This document shows positions 1 to 11,670 of a stretch of DNA of 53,821 nt, one piece after another. The notes under the pieces are model-generated. The model searched no databases, was not told where the DNA came from, and saw only the letters and a list, made by a program, of their open reading frames with translations. Position numbers and translations under genes: made by a program. Positions within the stretch are counted from its first letter, which is position 1. The number at the start of each line of letters is the position of its first letter. Source of the stretch: Nemertoderma westbladi. Lineage: Eukaryota > Animalia > Xenacoelomorpha. The stretch is taken from NCBI GenBank assembly GCA_032718475.1, contig JAUCBJ010004101.1:1-53821 (forward strand), in the 5' to 3' direction.

Positions 1-2319
1 TGGACTCCTTGTTTTTTTCGTGCCCTAGGAGGCACATTCAAAATTACCAAAAATGTTCTCCAATGTTATATTATGAGTTCAATAATCGTGATCAGCATCT
101 AAAAAACCGTTATGTACCACAAATAAAATAATTTAGGCGATGTTCGCGCTTTCAGACCTTTAGCAGTTTAACCTGCCAAATTTAGGTGTCTTCTAGGTTA
201 TAAATCGACTTTAGCCTATGACGAGTATTTGATACACTACATTAGCCGAAGCCAGTCTATGCGCGACCATTCACCCGCTGGATATACCCGGGAGACTGGA
301 TTCGGAAGCTCTGACCTTATTGCGGTGTAGGCCTACTGTATTATTCGACTGATCGTTAATATATAATCTCTGACAAATATTATTCACTTTCGGGAAATAT
401 CAACAGTTCCTTTAGGACGTGGCGCTCTAAATATGTAAACAGAGTTATGACTTACACTAGACACAACGGGATGGCTATTGATTCACGTATAAAGCGCATT
501 CTTTAGGAGATGCTTTGTTATCTGTCACAATCATGCACACTACCGCACAATGCTGCACACCGATCTGCCGACCTTCACTAATTTTAGTCACATATAAAGA
601 GAACAGCAACCGACACATGTAGTGCCTATGAAATAGCATTAGATTCACTCCAAAACCAATATAATGTAAGTCGCAATTGCTATATGTAACCTGTCTCTTA
701 CCTTCAGTATATCAAGAAGATTGGGGTTTTATAATTATTTATCGATATTATCCAAATATAATAATATTCCATCAACTGATATAATTAATAACCGACAGTA
801 AATAGCAGTAAAAAGGCGGTGTTTGTAGGTGACAATATGATTTGTAACAATATGTTTTGGTTTGGATTGATAACAGTTATACGTTTCTATGATCAAAGCC
901 TACTAATGTTTTGCTAAAGCCTGAAACACAGAAATTCCAAAGCCGGTTTTCTGGCATCAGGAAAACTACACACTGACTGAATTGCGTGAGTTTCTGTATA
1001 CAATGTCCAACACAGAGTGAAAACCGCTCTGATTGGTCGACCGAACAAAGAACGAACAAAGAACAAAGAAAAAGTTACACGTGGACACAGCTGATAGATG
1101 TCGTCATCTTGAACTACACTGTATCAAGAGTATTTGGCTTATTGCGACATAAAATTGCTAGTTATGTCCGCTAAAGTACACATACAGAAGAAATGGCTTT
1201 TTATGTCCACTAAAACACCGGTACAGTAAGGAAACGGCTTTTTATGTCCGCCAAAACACCTACAGAGCACTTTGCGGGGAAAATAACTAGCTAGATCCGC
1301 AAAAGCCTTTACAGGCGAGCCATTAAAACTTTTGAAAATTTTAGCTGAAAATACTGGAGATGGGTGCAAGAAAGTCCTCTTTCTTGTCTTTCGTGACAGC
1401 ACGAAAATAAACATAGCTATGTTAATTTAAATTTTAGGAAAAGTCACGAAATGTTGGTTTTTCCCACCAAATGAATTACAAAAAATATTCTCAATTAAAA
1501 GACAGTTTAAAAGACAGTTTAAAAGACAGTTTAAACTATTTCATTTATTTTTTCAAAAACCTATAAATCTTGGCCAAAAGTTTAGTTTTTAGACTCAAAC
1601 CTAAAAACCTTATAGTTTGCACACAACCTAAGGATTCCGTCATTAGGTCATTTGGAGCAATATCCTAGTGCCGTTAAAGAAAAGGATCAGTTTACAGTAA
1701 CATGTTATTCGAACCAAAACAATAAATGAGAGTCAATTACATGTTACAGTTTAATTTTTGTGATAATGTAAATGTATACATAATGTGTGATAATAATTTA
1801 ACAAACTAATAATTGCAACTATCAAATTAGTTAGCAACCTTGTAAAAGCAAGCAAAGAGTCGGCCGAAGCCGGAGTCGACCCGAAGGCTTCTCTTTCGAT
1901 AGCTTCTACCCGAGGGTAGGGGTGGGCGCTACTCCTATCCCAAGATTTGCTCCCAGTTATTTAACTGGTACTCCAACCTTGTAATTCCGGTCAAATTCCG
2001 GCCGGAATTGACCCCAATCCGGCAATTCCGGCCGGAACCGGAATCAGGCAAACACCACCGGAATTCCGGGACATCCCTATTAACGACCCAACCACGCCAA
2101 CCTACTACTGATGGAATGGCAGCAGTGTAATCGACCTTGTATTTGTCGATGAATATCTCCTCAATGTATCTTCTATTAATATGGTGCATTGCATACTCTC
2201 AATACAAAACACCAACGAGACCATCTCCAAATCAGCCTGAAACGTTTAATTTTCCGGTTTATGTTTATTCGGGATTGCTACTTAATCAATTTATTAATTA
2301 ATAGTTTCAATATCTTTTT

Positions 2320-2448
2320 AGGGATGTACTTTACACTCCGATTTCCCAACTCTCGAGCCAGAATCCGTCGATGTTTCTTCGTCTTTAGGATCTTCCGTAT
2401 CTTATTTCCGTTTCCACCTCTTCTCGCGTTTCCTCGACTTCCCTTACC
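2320..2448 (-). pseudogene. 3'-truncated BAF-like exon (left edge of array)
   Basis: Matches the exon start through ...RELGNRSVKYIP, then breaks into unrelated sequence at ~2320, losing the GIG motif and the rest of the fold. Confidence 0.8.
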
Positions 2449-4045
2449 CTGAAAGAATTGTATTGAGCATTTTGTAAAATGATTTTACGATGTTTTGAGA
2501 ACCGAGTCACGAAAGTAAACTAATCAAAGTAAAGTTATCTTTGTACATTATTTCAGGGAATACGCACAAAGAATCACTTATTTCCAGTGCGATTCCCCCA
2601 GAACTACTGTATTCTGCCTAGAAGAAACTTACTCTTTTATCGATCGTTTAAGGATGCAAGGCGCATAGATGAAACCGGGTTAACTTGAACCCACGGTAGC
2701 CAGATATGTTAATTATAGGTAATGGGCTAAACGACAAGGATATCATCGCGGATATCATACTTTACAGTATATTTTCTGGCGATTTATTATATGTACTGTA
2801 TATGATATATCTGTATTTTGTACATAAAAATTTTCTGCACAAATTAAATTATTGTTATAATTATTATATTATTTATTATTATTTATATATATTTTTATAT
2901 TTATATTTAATTATTATATTATATTATTATTTATATTGTAAATTATATTGTACAGAAAATATATTTAATATATTTTCTGTACAATATAATTTGTGGCGAT
3001 GCGGATCAGTTTTAGAGCTATTCTGGTCCCCCTGGATGAAAAGTAGGGTAAAAGTAAAAAAAATTAAATGAAAAAATGTTGTGTTTGGTTGGATAATTGT
3101 GAAGGTATACGGGTTTTCGAGGTCGCTGAACATGATGACGCAACTATAAATAGTGCCCCAGGACGAAAAGTACAAGAAGTATCAAAAATTTCAACAGTGA
3201 AATTTTGCCATTGTTTGGATAATTCTGACGCTATGTACTGTATGTAGCCTTTCACAGTCGCTGATCACGATACAACTCGTTAGAATATTTGTGGTTACGC
3301 AACTATCGTTTTTGGTGCTTGTCTGGTGGGACGAAAAATACAATAAGACCAGAAAATCAGGTTTATTTGCCAGTAATGATTTAGGTTTACGCGAATTTGA
3401 TGCCATCATTATTCATTGTCTAAAGAGACCAACAGTCATAGCCATCGCGCGAACAAAGCGTCTTACATTATGCTATGACTCTAAGTTAAAGAAATATCAG
3501 TCAAATAAGCATGGGAAACTAAACATTATTTTTGATCAAACCTGTTGTCTCCTGAGCTAGAAAATCAGGATATCAATTTATTATTTTTGACCGTTTTGCA
3601 TGCTGTATCTCTCCGTACACAGTGTATATAATATAGTAGACCTACAATTCAATTATAATTAACATAATAAAAATAAACCCGCCTCTACATCGATTAATTA
3701 ACTCATACCAGGGGAGTGCACAGCCCTGAATATACAGTATCATTATTATTTATTCTATTGGTCTTTGATTAACGTACAGTACAGTAGGCACTATTTTATT
3801 GTGCATTAGATCTCTTTTAGCACTGCTAGTGTTTGTTCATGTAGGGCCTACTTATTGTTTTACCAGGAAGCTTTCGATTTCTAATACAGGTAGTAGCTAT
3901 AGATTTTATACAAATTCAAAAATATAATATAGTTTCAAATAATATTGTTGCAAAATTAATCTGTTTATAATAAATAGTCTAAAATACTGTTCCTGCGCAG
4001 TTGACCAATATAGTTAACGCTTTTACATTATTAATATTATTATAT

Positions 4046-4215
4046 TGTAGACTGCCACATATAATAATCAATGTCGAACAACATATACAATCAAACAAGT
4101 TACTGTAACTAAACTGTCCTGTAAACTGCTTTCCTATATAGCTATATAACACAACTAAGAGTTACACAATATTCATAAAGGTCAATCTGTGAACAAGGGT
4201 CAATCAGTCACTACA
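4046..4215 (-). repeat. 3' LTR
   Basis: Preceded on the minus strand by polypurine tract GAGGGGGGGAAG (4227-4216). Confidence 0.95.
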
Positions 4216-6180
4216 CTTCCCCCCCTCATCTTAGGTGGACGACCTCTTGGTCGAGGAAATTGAGAATGCTGGATAACGTGTGTGCATAGTCTCAAATGGT
4301 CGATGTGAATTACTTGATTCCACGTGGGTCTGTCAGGTATCGAAATACGGACATTAACTGGACCTATATGTTCTGTTACAACGTAAGGTCCATCCCATCG
4401 TGGTATTAGACTAGACGCCAAGCCTGGAGATGTTGGAGGTAAATGTGTCCGCCATACCTTATCCCCGACACAGAATTTCCGCTCTTCAGCTTTGTATATC
4501 TTGTCATGATATTCGTGTTGTCTGCGACGAAAGATTCGCGTTTTGTGGATAACATTATCTAGTTTAACTTGATTAATCGGTTTATCATTTATAATTCCCA
4601 ACCAGGATAGAGCTGGTATAGGTGAGTGAACTTGATTTACTACGTCCATTGGAGATAAACCTAGACTTTTATGTACAGAGTGATTGTAAGTAGAAACAAA
4701 TGAATCAATATGACAGTCCCATGAAGTTTGAGTACCATCTTTAGTTTCTACTAATTGCGCTCTAATTTGGTCCTTTATGGTTCTGACCAACCTCTCTGCC
4801 TTACTGGTTACTGTATTGTTGATTTTCTGTTGGCGACAAAAGTTTTTAAACTCATTTGAAATAAAGCATCGTCCTTGATCTGTCAATATGGTTTTTATTT
4901 CTAGGGGCTTTTGACATTTTCTAATCAATTTCATTAAACATCCAATGACAGTTGTTGAAGTTGTGTTTCCTACTGCGAACACATCTAGAAACCGAGAGAA
5001 ATGATCTACGACAACAAGCAAATGAGTGTTTCCAGTAGAAGACTTTGGGAAAGGGCCACAGAAATCCATAGCAACCCGCTCATAAGGTCTTGTAACCTCA
5101 GGTAGGGATTGAAGTGGCATCGGTGCTGGTGGTAAAACCTTTGCGCGAAGACACACATCACAATTTTTTAAGTAAGTCTTTAACTCCTTATCCATATTTG
5201 GCCAATAGCATTCCCGTTGTAATAATGATAACGTTTTCTCATAACCCAGGTGAGCACTATTGTAACCATGAACAGATTTGACAACTTTAGAACGAAGTCC
5301 TTTGGGCACAAATAACCTGGATTTATAAGTGTATATCCCTTCAACAGTTTTAGTGAATCGATAATTAATTCGGTCAAATTCGCTGTCAGCTTCTTGAAGC
5401 TGAATGAGTTCCTCTTTCGAAAGTTGTTTTAATCCCCCATTTTCACTCTCATCAAGCACAAACACATCCATATATGAACAATTACTAGGCAACCTAGAAA
5501 GCGCATCTGCCACTTGATTAGAAGACCCCTTTTCGTGTTTGATAGATTTTAATCCTTCAAACTCTAGAAGTCGTAGTTGCCAACGAGCAAGTCTACCAGT
5601 TGCAGTTTTATTATTAATTAGCCATTGTAATGGAGCATGATCAGACAAGACATGTACTTCAGCGCCATAAGTATAAGACTGGAACCGTTCCAATGCGAAT
5701 ATAACTGCCAATGCTTCCTTTTCTATTGTGGAATAGTTCTTTTCACTTGTAGTAAGATTCCTACTTGCAAATGCTATTGGGTGAAACAAACCAGCATTAT
5801 CTGTTTGACTTATGACGGCACCAACTCCAAGATTAGATGCATCGCAATGGACAAAGAATGGTTCACCAACTTTAGGGTGTACAAGAACTGGGGCACTAAT
5901 TAAGGCTTCCTTTAAACTTTCGAATGAAAATTCCTGTTCATCACTCCAAACAAATGGGACTTGTTTCCGTGTAAGTTCATACAATGGTTCAGCAATAAGG
6001 TTAAAGTTCCTTATGAATTGTCTATAGGTATTGACCAAACCCAGAAATTTTCTCACTTCAGAAACATTTGTTGGCGCTATCATGTTCTTAACAGCAATTA
6101 TCTTTGACTCACTTGGATGTACGCCGTCCTCATCAACAATGAATCCCAAAAATTCAACTCTTCTCTGTAAAAATGAACAT
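4200..6180 (-). CDS. pol: Pol part 2: RT thumb, RNase H, integrase
   Basis: CDAS...EKEALA...SDH (RNase H); HHCC; D-D-E core with short deletion before AERL; GPY motif; C-terminal RPRGRP. Confidence 0.9.
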
Positions 6181-7311
6181 TTTTTTTGGCTGGAGTTTTA
6201 ATTTTGCAACTTTTAATCGGCGGAAAACTTCACGAAGTATCTCTAAATGTTGCTTTAGTTCCGTTGTGACCACATAGATGTTGTCCATGTAGAAAACAAC
6301 GCACGACATGTCACCAAATAAATTACTCATTAATCTTTGGAATGTTGGTGGGGCATTATTTAGACCAAAGGCCATGACAACAAATTCAAAATGGCCAAGA
6401 CTACACGAAAACGCAGTTTTATGTCTATCATCTGAGGCAAGAGGTATCTGCCAAAATCCAGATGCCAAATCTATTGATGAAAAATATTTCGCTCCGTATA
6501 GTTTATCTAATAAATCAGAAATTCGTGGTAATGGAAATGCATCTTTCTCTGTTACAGCATTCAGTGCACGGAAATCTACGCACACTCTGTCGTTTCCATC
6601 AGGCTTCTTAACAATAACCAAAGGTGATGAATATGGTGAGGAAGAAGGAGTGATAATATCCTTATCCAGCATATCTTTAATATTAGACTCTAGGAGATCT
6701 CTTTTAGCCAAAGGAACATGGTATGGCCTCTGAAATATTGGTATCTCAGATTTAGTTTTTATGTGATGTTCCACAAGGTTTGTACGCCCAAGTGGTGGTT
6801 CAAACAAATCATTATATTCCTTTGTTAGAAAGTAAAATGTTTCTAAATGTTCACTGGGAACATCTCTATTTATAGTACATTTCTCGATTAAATTTATTGT
6901 GACTACTTTATCATTTACTGAAAGAGAAGAAGGAATACTATCCGAAAATTTTAGTGTTACATTTAGAGCACGTAGTCCATTGACCCCAAGAATGCATGGA
7001 TGAGCCGAATCTGTGGCCACGAAAACGTCTACATCGGCCTTAGAAGTGCCTATTTGAATTGGAATTTGACAACGACCTCGAACATTAAGGGGTACACCAT
7101 TCGCAGTTTTTAAGATGAACTGAGTTGGCTTTAACTGATTTTCAGTAACTAATGAAGAGTGCAGAATTGTAGAGGATGCACCAGAGTCCATCAGTATCTC
7201 GCAAATCTGCTCATTGATAGTTCCTTTAACAAAGAATCGACCTTGAGTTCTCTCATGGGCTATCACAGCAACAGTGGTGTCGCCCACCATCACTGTTGTT
7301 GGAAGTTTAAA
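6154..7311 (-). CDS. pol: Pol part 1: aspartic protease + reverse transcriptase (defective)
   Basis: LMDSGAS protease motif; RT motifs CVDFRALN, IDLASGFWQ, MAFGLNNAP; YxDD reads YMDN; frame broken at the A-run near 6180. Confidence 0.9.
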   Translation of the reverse strand, partial: FKLPTTVMVGDTTVAVIAHERTQGRFFVKGTINEQICEILMDSGASSTILHSSLVTENQLKPTQFILKTANGVPLNVRGRCQIPIQIGTSKADVDVFVATDSAHPCILGVNGLRALNVTLKFSDSIPSSLSVNDKVVTINLIEKCTINRDVPSEHLETFYFLTKEYNDLFEPPLGRTNLVEHHIKTKSEIPIFQRPYHVPLAKRDLLESNIKDMLDKDIITPSSSPYSSPLVIVKKPDGNDRVCVDFRALNAVTEKDAFPLPRISDLLDKLYGAKYFSSIDLASGFWQIPLASDDRHKTAFSCSLGHFEFVVMAFGLNNAPPTFQRLMSNLFGDMSCVVFYMDNIYVVTTELKQHLEILREVFRRLKVAKLKLQPKKMFIFTEKS

Positions 7312-8306
7312 TCAACCGCGGAAGATTGTTGCATAGAATCCGAAATGTAGTTAGCGTCAGTCGTAGCTGGTTGATACTGGTTATAATCTTGAGCGTACTG
7401 GAAACCATTGATTGATTGTTCCATCGTATTATTAAATGCCTGTTCTGTAACTGGTGCAACACTAGCGCGATAATTTGTTGGATTTTGGAAGTGTTGAATA
7501 TGGGGTGCTCGAAAATATTGATAACGAGGTTGTTGAAACCGTGGTGGTCTCATATTTTGCCGCATTCCCTCAGTGGCCTGAGGTCTATAGCCTTGTTTTA
7601 GTTGTTGGGTTTTTGAAGGACAATCTCGTTGTATATGGCCACGACCTTGACAACAGTAGCAGAGGATTGACTCACGTATCTGAGCATTTGCGCCAGAAAA
7701 CCTAACAGCATCAACCTCATCTTCATAGTTAAGGTATTCATTAACTGCCACAGACGAAGACGATATTGATGGAGATTGCTTATATGATGACTTCAATTCC
7801 TCATTTCGCGCAAGAGAGAAGGCACTCTCTAAATTTCCTGGATCCTTCAAGGTAAGTTTCTCCCGCAATTCGTCACGTAGACCAGCAACAAAGACAGAAA
7901 CTGCCAAATTATTCCTATGGGTTACTGCAATACCAGCAAATGCGTTCTTACAAATGTCTGAAATAGAGGCATAATAAGCGAGAACAGATTCGCCTGGCTG
8001 TTGTTTAGCTTTAAATGCTCGTCGCATCGCAAATCTAATTGCATTTCCTGGCCATAGCTTTGTATATAGATTTACTTCGATGTCATCGAAAGTGGGAAGA
8101 CTGGTATCCAAGAGAACACGAATCTTGTAAGGAACATAAGCAGGCAAACGACGAATTCCCTCTTGATCAACCCAGCCATTTACGGTGCAAGCCAGGCGGA
8201 AATCGCGAAAGAAATTTTCGATAGATTCACGGTCCTCATTTGCTAACTTTGGTGGAACTTCAAAATGCGTTTGTATTAATAGTTTGTCTGGCTTATTGTC
8301 TTCCAT
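7290..8306 (-). CDS. gag: Retrotransposon Gag
   Basis: 338-aa ORF after the PBS with capsid-like QQPGESV motif and CCHC knuckle CYCCQGRGHIQRDC. Confidence 0.92.
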   Translation of the reverse strand: MEDNKPDKLLIQTHFEVPPKLANEDRESIENFFRDFRLACTVNGWVDQEGIRRLPAYVPYKIRVLLDTSLPTFDDIEVNLYTKLWPGNAIRFAMRRAFKAKQQPGESVLAYYASISDICKNAFAGIAVTHRNNLAVSVFVAGLRDELREKLTLKDPGNLESAFSLARNEELKSSYKQSPSISSSSVAVNEYLNYEDEVDAVRFSGANAQIRESILCYCCQGRGHIQRDCPSKTQQLKQGYRPQATEGMRQNMRPPRFQQPRYQYFRAPHIQHFQNPTNYRASVAPVTEQAFNNTMEQSINGFQYAQDYNQYQPATTDANYISDSMQQSSAVDLNFQQQ

Positions 8307-8363
8307 TCTGGTTGTGAATGTTGATAATTTGTTCTTCGGCTGGTAAATTGATATTGATCATGA

Positions 8364-8381
8364 ATCCCACTTCTGACACCA
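8364..8381 (-). promoter_or_regulatory. Primer binding site, tRNA-Leu type
   Basis: TGGTGTCAGAAGTGGGAT 1 nt after the 5' LTR, complementary to a tRNA-Leu 3' end (...AUCCCACUUCUGACACCA). Confidence 0.85.
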
Positions 8382-8382
8382 G

Positions 8383-8552
8383 TGTAGACTGCCACATATA
8401 ATAATCAATGTCGAACAACATATACAATCAAACAAGTTACTGTAACTAAACTGTCCTGTAAACTGCTTTCCTATATAGCTATATAACACAACTAAGAGTT
8501 ACACAATATTCATAAAGGTCAATCAGTGAACAAGGGTCAATCAGTCACTACA
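8383..8552 (-). repeat. 5' LTR
   Basis: Direct repeat of 4046-4215, adjacent to the PBS. Confidence 0.95.
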
Positions 8553-8560
8553 ATATTATA

Positions 8561-9011
8561 TTAAAGCTTTTCGAAGTACATTTTGTCTGTAAGAACTTTA
8601 TCTTTCGGCATTTTCTTCCCTTTTCCACGTTTATTCGATCTTCCCCGTCCTTTCTTCCCCTGTAAATATCAATTCATATACTGTTACACTCACTTAATTA
8701 CGTATATGTACTGTATATAGTAGACCTAAACCCACATTATATCCTATATTATATTTAGTCAAACAAACCTTCCCTTTCTTTCCCTTTCCTCTACGACTTC
8801 TAGATCTGCTTCCTTTACCTCGGCGACTCCTAGACCTGCTCTTCTTTCCCTTCTTACTTCCCTTTCGTTTTTTACGTCTCCTTTTCTCCATTTCGTTCCT
8901 GCTGGTGGAACGATTACCACTCTTTGATAGGCTCCTACTTTTCCTTTCATCTAAGGCCCAACTCGGCAAACTATCCAACCCCAAATCACTTTCTTCAGGT
9001 TGAACAGACAT
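8561..9011 (-). CDS. Protamine-like (SNBP-like) basic protein, long form, 113 aa
   Basis: Exon 1 9011-8769 (MSVQPEESDLGLDSLPSWALDE...KRRRKKRKGSKKGKKSRSRSRRGKGSRSRSRRGKGKKGK|gtttgt). 109-nt intron. Exon 2 8659-8561 after tttacag| (GKKGRGRSNKRGKGKKMPKDKVLTDKMYFEKL*), phase 0. Confidence 0.75.
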
Positions 9012-9959
9012 AATTATTTAATATATTACCGATAATTATATATGTCCTAAACAAAAAATGATTTCAGAATTTCTTTTGTAAATCATTTTTCTCCTAATTG
9101 ATATAGATTGACAATTAGAAGAAAATACGTTACAAAAGAAATTCTGATATAATTTTTTGTTTACAGATTTTTGATAGATTTTGATTTTTTATAGATTGAC
9201 ATAGATTGATGTGCAGTTCTATTATATATAATATTTTGAATTCCAGAACTTAGTTTTGATTGGTTGATTTGAGCAATACTGTTCTGATTATTTGATTGGC
9301 TAAAACAAATTGGTATTTGGTGGCGCTTTTGGTGGGAGGTTTACCCGTTAACGGTGTTAATTTTGATGAGGGGCGAATCAGTGCAATTTAAAGAAGAACG
9401 CTTGAGTTAGGCGTTTCCATGTATTCACCATTAGAAAGACAAATAAAACTGCACCTACCTTCCCTACTCTCCCCTACATACTGTAGTATAAGTCGCACAG
9501 TTGTGTACAGTAGTCTTAGCTTCCTTACATTAATATTTTCTTAGTAAATAATGGCAGTGATTTTTTATGTCCTTTTATTTGACTTTTTTGTCCTCCTTTT
9601 TTTATTAATTGTGCATAATGACTTTTGTTGTCCCTTTAATGACTTTTGTTGTCCTTTTAATGACTTTTTATGTATGTATTTCTTCAAACTGTCAGACTGC
9701 TGATTTCTGGACTGTCAGACAGTTGATTTCAACTGTCTGATGCCAACTGTCTATGCCAAAACATTCAAAATTTGTTGATTTCTGGTCTGTCGGAAAGTTG
9801 GTTTCACTATGCCTGTGCCAAAACATTCCATGATTCCATGATTTATAGACTATGAGATAGATTTCCATATGCGCCTGTGGTAAAAGACTCTAAATTTAAT
9901 AGTTTGTGGTTGTTGTCGATAATCGATTACCACATAACGTAGCAAAACACTCATTTTAT

Positions 9960-11670
9960 AGCCAAAAACAATTACCAATTGATGGAAAGGAGCAGGTTAA
10001 GGCCGGATTTTCTAACCAAAACAATAAACAGTCACTTTACCAAATGAAGGAAAGGAGCAGGTTACAGAGGTGGGCCTTTCTAACCAAAACAATAAACGAT
10101 CATTTAACTAATTGAGGGAAAGGAGCGGGTTACAGAGGCGGGATTTTCTAACCAAAACAATAAGCAGTCACTTTACCAAATCAGGGAAAGGAGCAGGTTA
10201 CAGAGACGGAATTTTCTTAACCAAAACAATAAACGATAACATTACCAATTGAGATAAAGGAGCAGGTTACATAGGCGGGTTTTTCTAACCAAAACAATAA
10301 ACAGTCACTTTACCAAATCAGGGAAAGGAGCAGGTTACAGAGACGGGATTTTCTTAACCAAAACAATAAACGATAACATTACCAATTGAGATAAAGGAGC
10401 AGGTTACATAGGCGGGTTTTTCTAACCAAAACAATAAACAGTCACTTTACCAAATCAGGGAAAGGAGCAGGTTACAGAGACGGGATTTTCTTAACCAAAA
10501 CAATAAACGATAACATTACCAATTGAGATAAAGGAGCAGGTTACAGAGGCGGGATTTTCTAACCAAAACAATAAGCAGTCACTTTACCAAATCAGGGAAA
10601 GGAGCAGGTTACAGAGACGGGATTTTCTTAACCAAAACAATAAACGATAACATTACCAATTGAGATAAAGGAGCAGGTTACATAGGCGGGTTTTTCTAAC
10701 CAAAACAATAAACAGTCACTTTACCAAATCAGGGAAAGGAGCAGGTTACAGAGACGGGATTTTCTTAACCAAAACAATAAACGATCACTTAACTAATTGA
10801 GGGAAAGGAGCAGGTTACAGAGGCGGGATTTTCTAACCAAAACAATAAACGATCACTTAACTAATTGAGGGAAAGGAGCAGGTTACAGAGGCGGGATTTT
10901 CTAACCAAAACAATAAACGATCATTTAACTAATTGAGGGAAAGGGGTAGGTTACAGAGGCGGAATTTTCTTACCAAAACAATAAACGATCACTTAACTAA
11001 TTGAGGGAAAGGAGCAGGTTACAGAGGCGGGATTTTCTAACCAAAACAATAAACGATCATTTAACTAATTGAGGGAAAGGGGCAGGTTACAGAGGCGGAA
11101 TTTTCTAACCAAAACAATAAACGATCATTTAACTAATTGAGGGAAAGGGGCAGGTTACAGAGGCGGGATTTTCTAACCAAAACAATAAACATTCACTTTA
11201 CTAAATGAAGGAAAGGAGCAGGTTACAGAGGCGGGCCTTTCTAACCAAAACAATAAACGTAACTTTACCAAATCAGGGAAAGGAGCAGGTTACAGAGGCG
11301 GGATTTTCTAACCATAACAATAAACAGTCACTTTAATAATAATAATAATAATAATAATAATATTGGTTATTTATATAGCGCTTTTCTATGCTCAGCATAC
11401 TCAAAGCGCTTTTATTACAGTATTATCATTACCCCAGCAAAGCCAGGTTCCCATTATACCGCTGGGTTGACGTAGGCACTAAATGTCTAAAGTGTCTTGC
11501 CTAGGGACACAACAGTGCGAAATTTCTACAGCCTTTAGTCGACAAACTTGCACTTTACTAAATGAAGGAAAGGAACAGGTTACAGAGGCGGGCCTTTCTA
11601 ACCAAAACAATAAACTTTACCAATTCAGGGAAAGGAGCAGATTACAGAGGCGGGATTTTCTAACCAAAAC
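9960..11670. repeat. 68-bp minisatellite array, copy 1
   Basis: Unit gggaaaggagcaggttacagaggcgggattttctaaccaaaacaataaacgatcacttaactaattga, period 68 (10801 to 10869); alternating dimer in ~10140-10790. Confidence 0.95.
11336..11550 (-). mobile_element. 5'-truncated CORE-type SINE with L2-like tail
   Basis: Minus strand has TGTCCCTAGGCAAGACACTT (CORE-like), then AGCGCTATATAAATAA and an (ATT)n tail; flanked by cacttta direct repeat. Internally deleted copy at ~35577-35748. Confidence 0.6.

Larger units (their letters stand above)
4046..8552 (-). mobile_element. Ty3/Gypsy LTR retrotransposon, full length, recent but defective
   Basis: 170-bp TG...CA LTRs at 4046-4215 and 8383-8552 (one mismatch seen, 4188/8525). 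4-bp TSD ATAT, confirmed against empty sites in other units. PBS, PPT, and gag-PR-RT-RH-IN order. Confidence 0.97.

Noticed and set aside
1981-2080. ccgg-rich segment ending ACATCCCTA, possible hAT MITE end
   Set aside because: No matching second terminus or TSD found.
2706-3560. Short ORFs in the type A spacer
   Set aside because: Low-complexity AT-rich sequence; ends and frames vary between copies.
8694-8768. ORF-track C-terminus VCLTKYNIGYNVGLGLLYTVHIRN
   Set aside because: Intron read-through: composition changes at AAG|GTTTGT and a phase-0 acceptor follows ~109 nt later.
9960-11670. CRISPR-like regular array
   Set aside because: Whole 68-bp units repeat with no unique spacers, there are no cas genes, and the context is eukaryotic.
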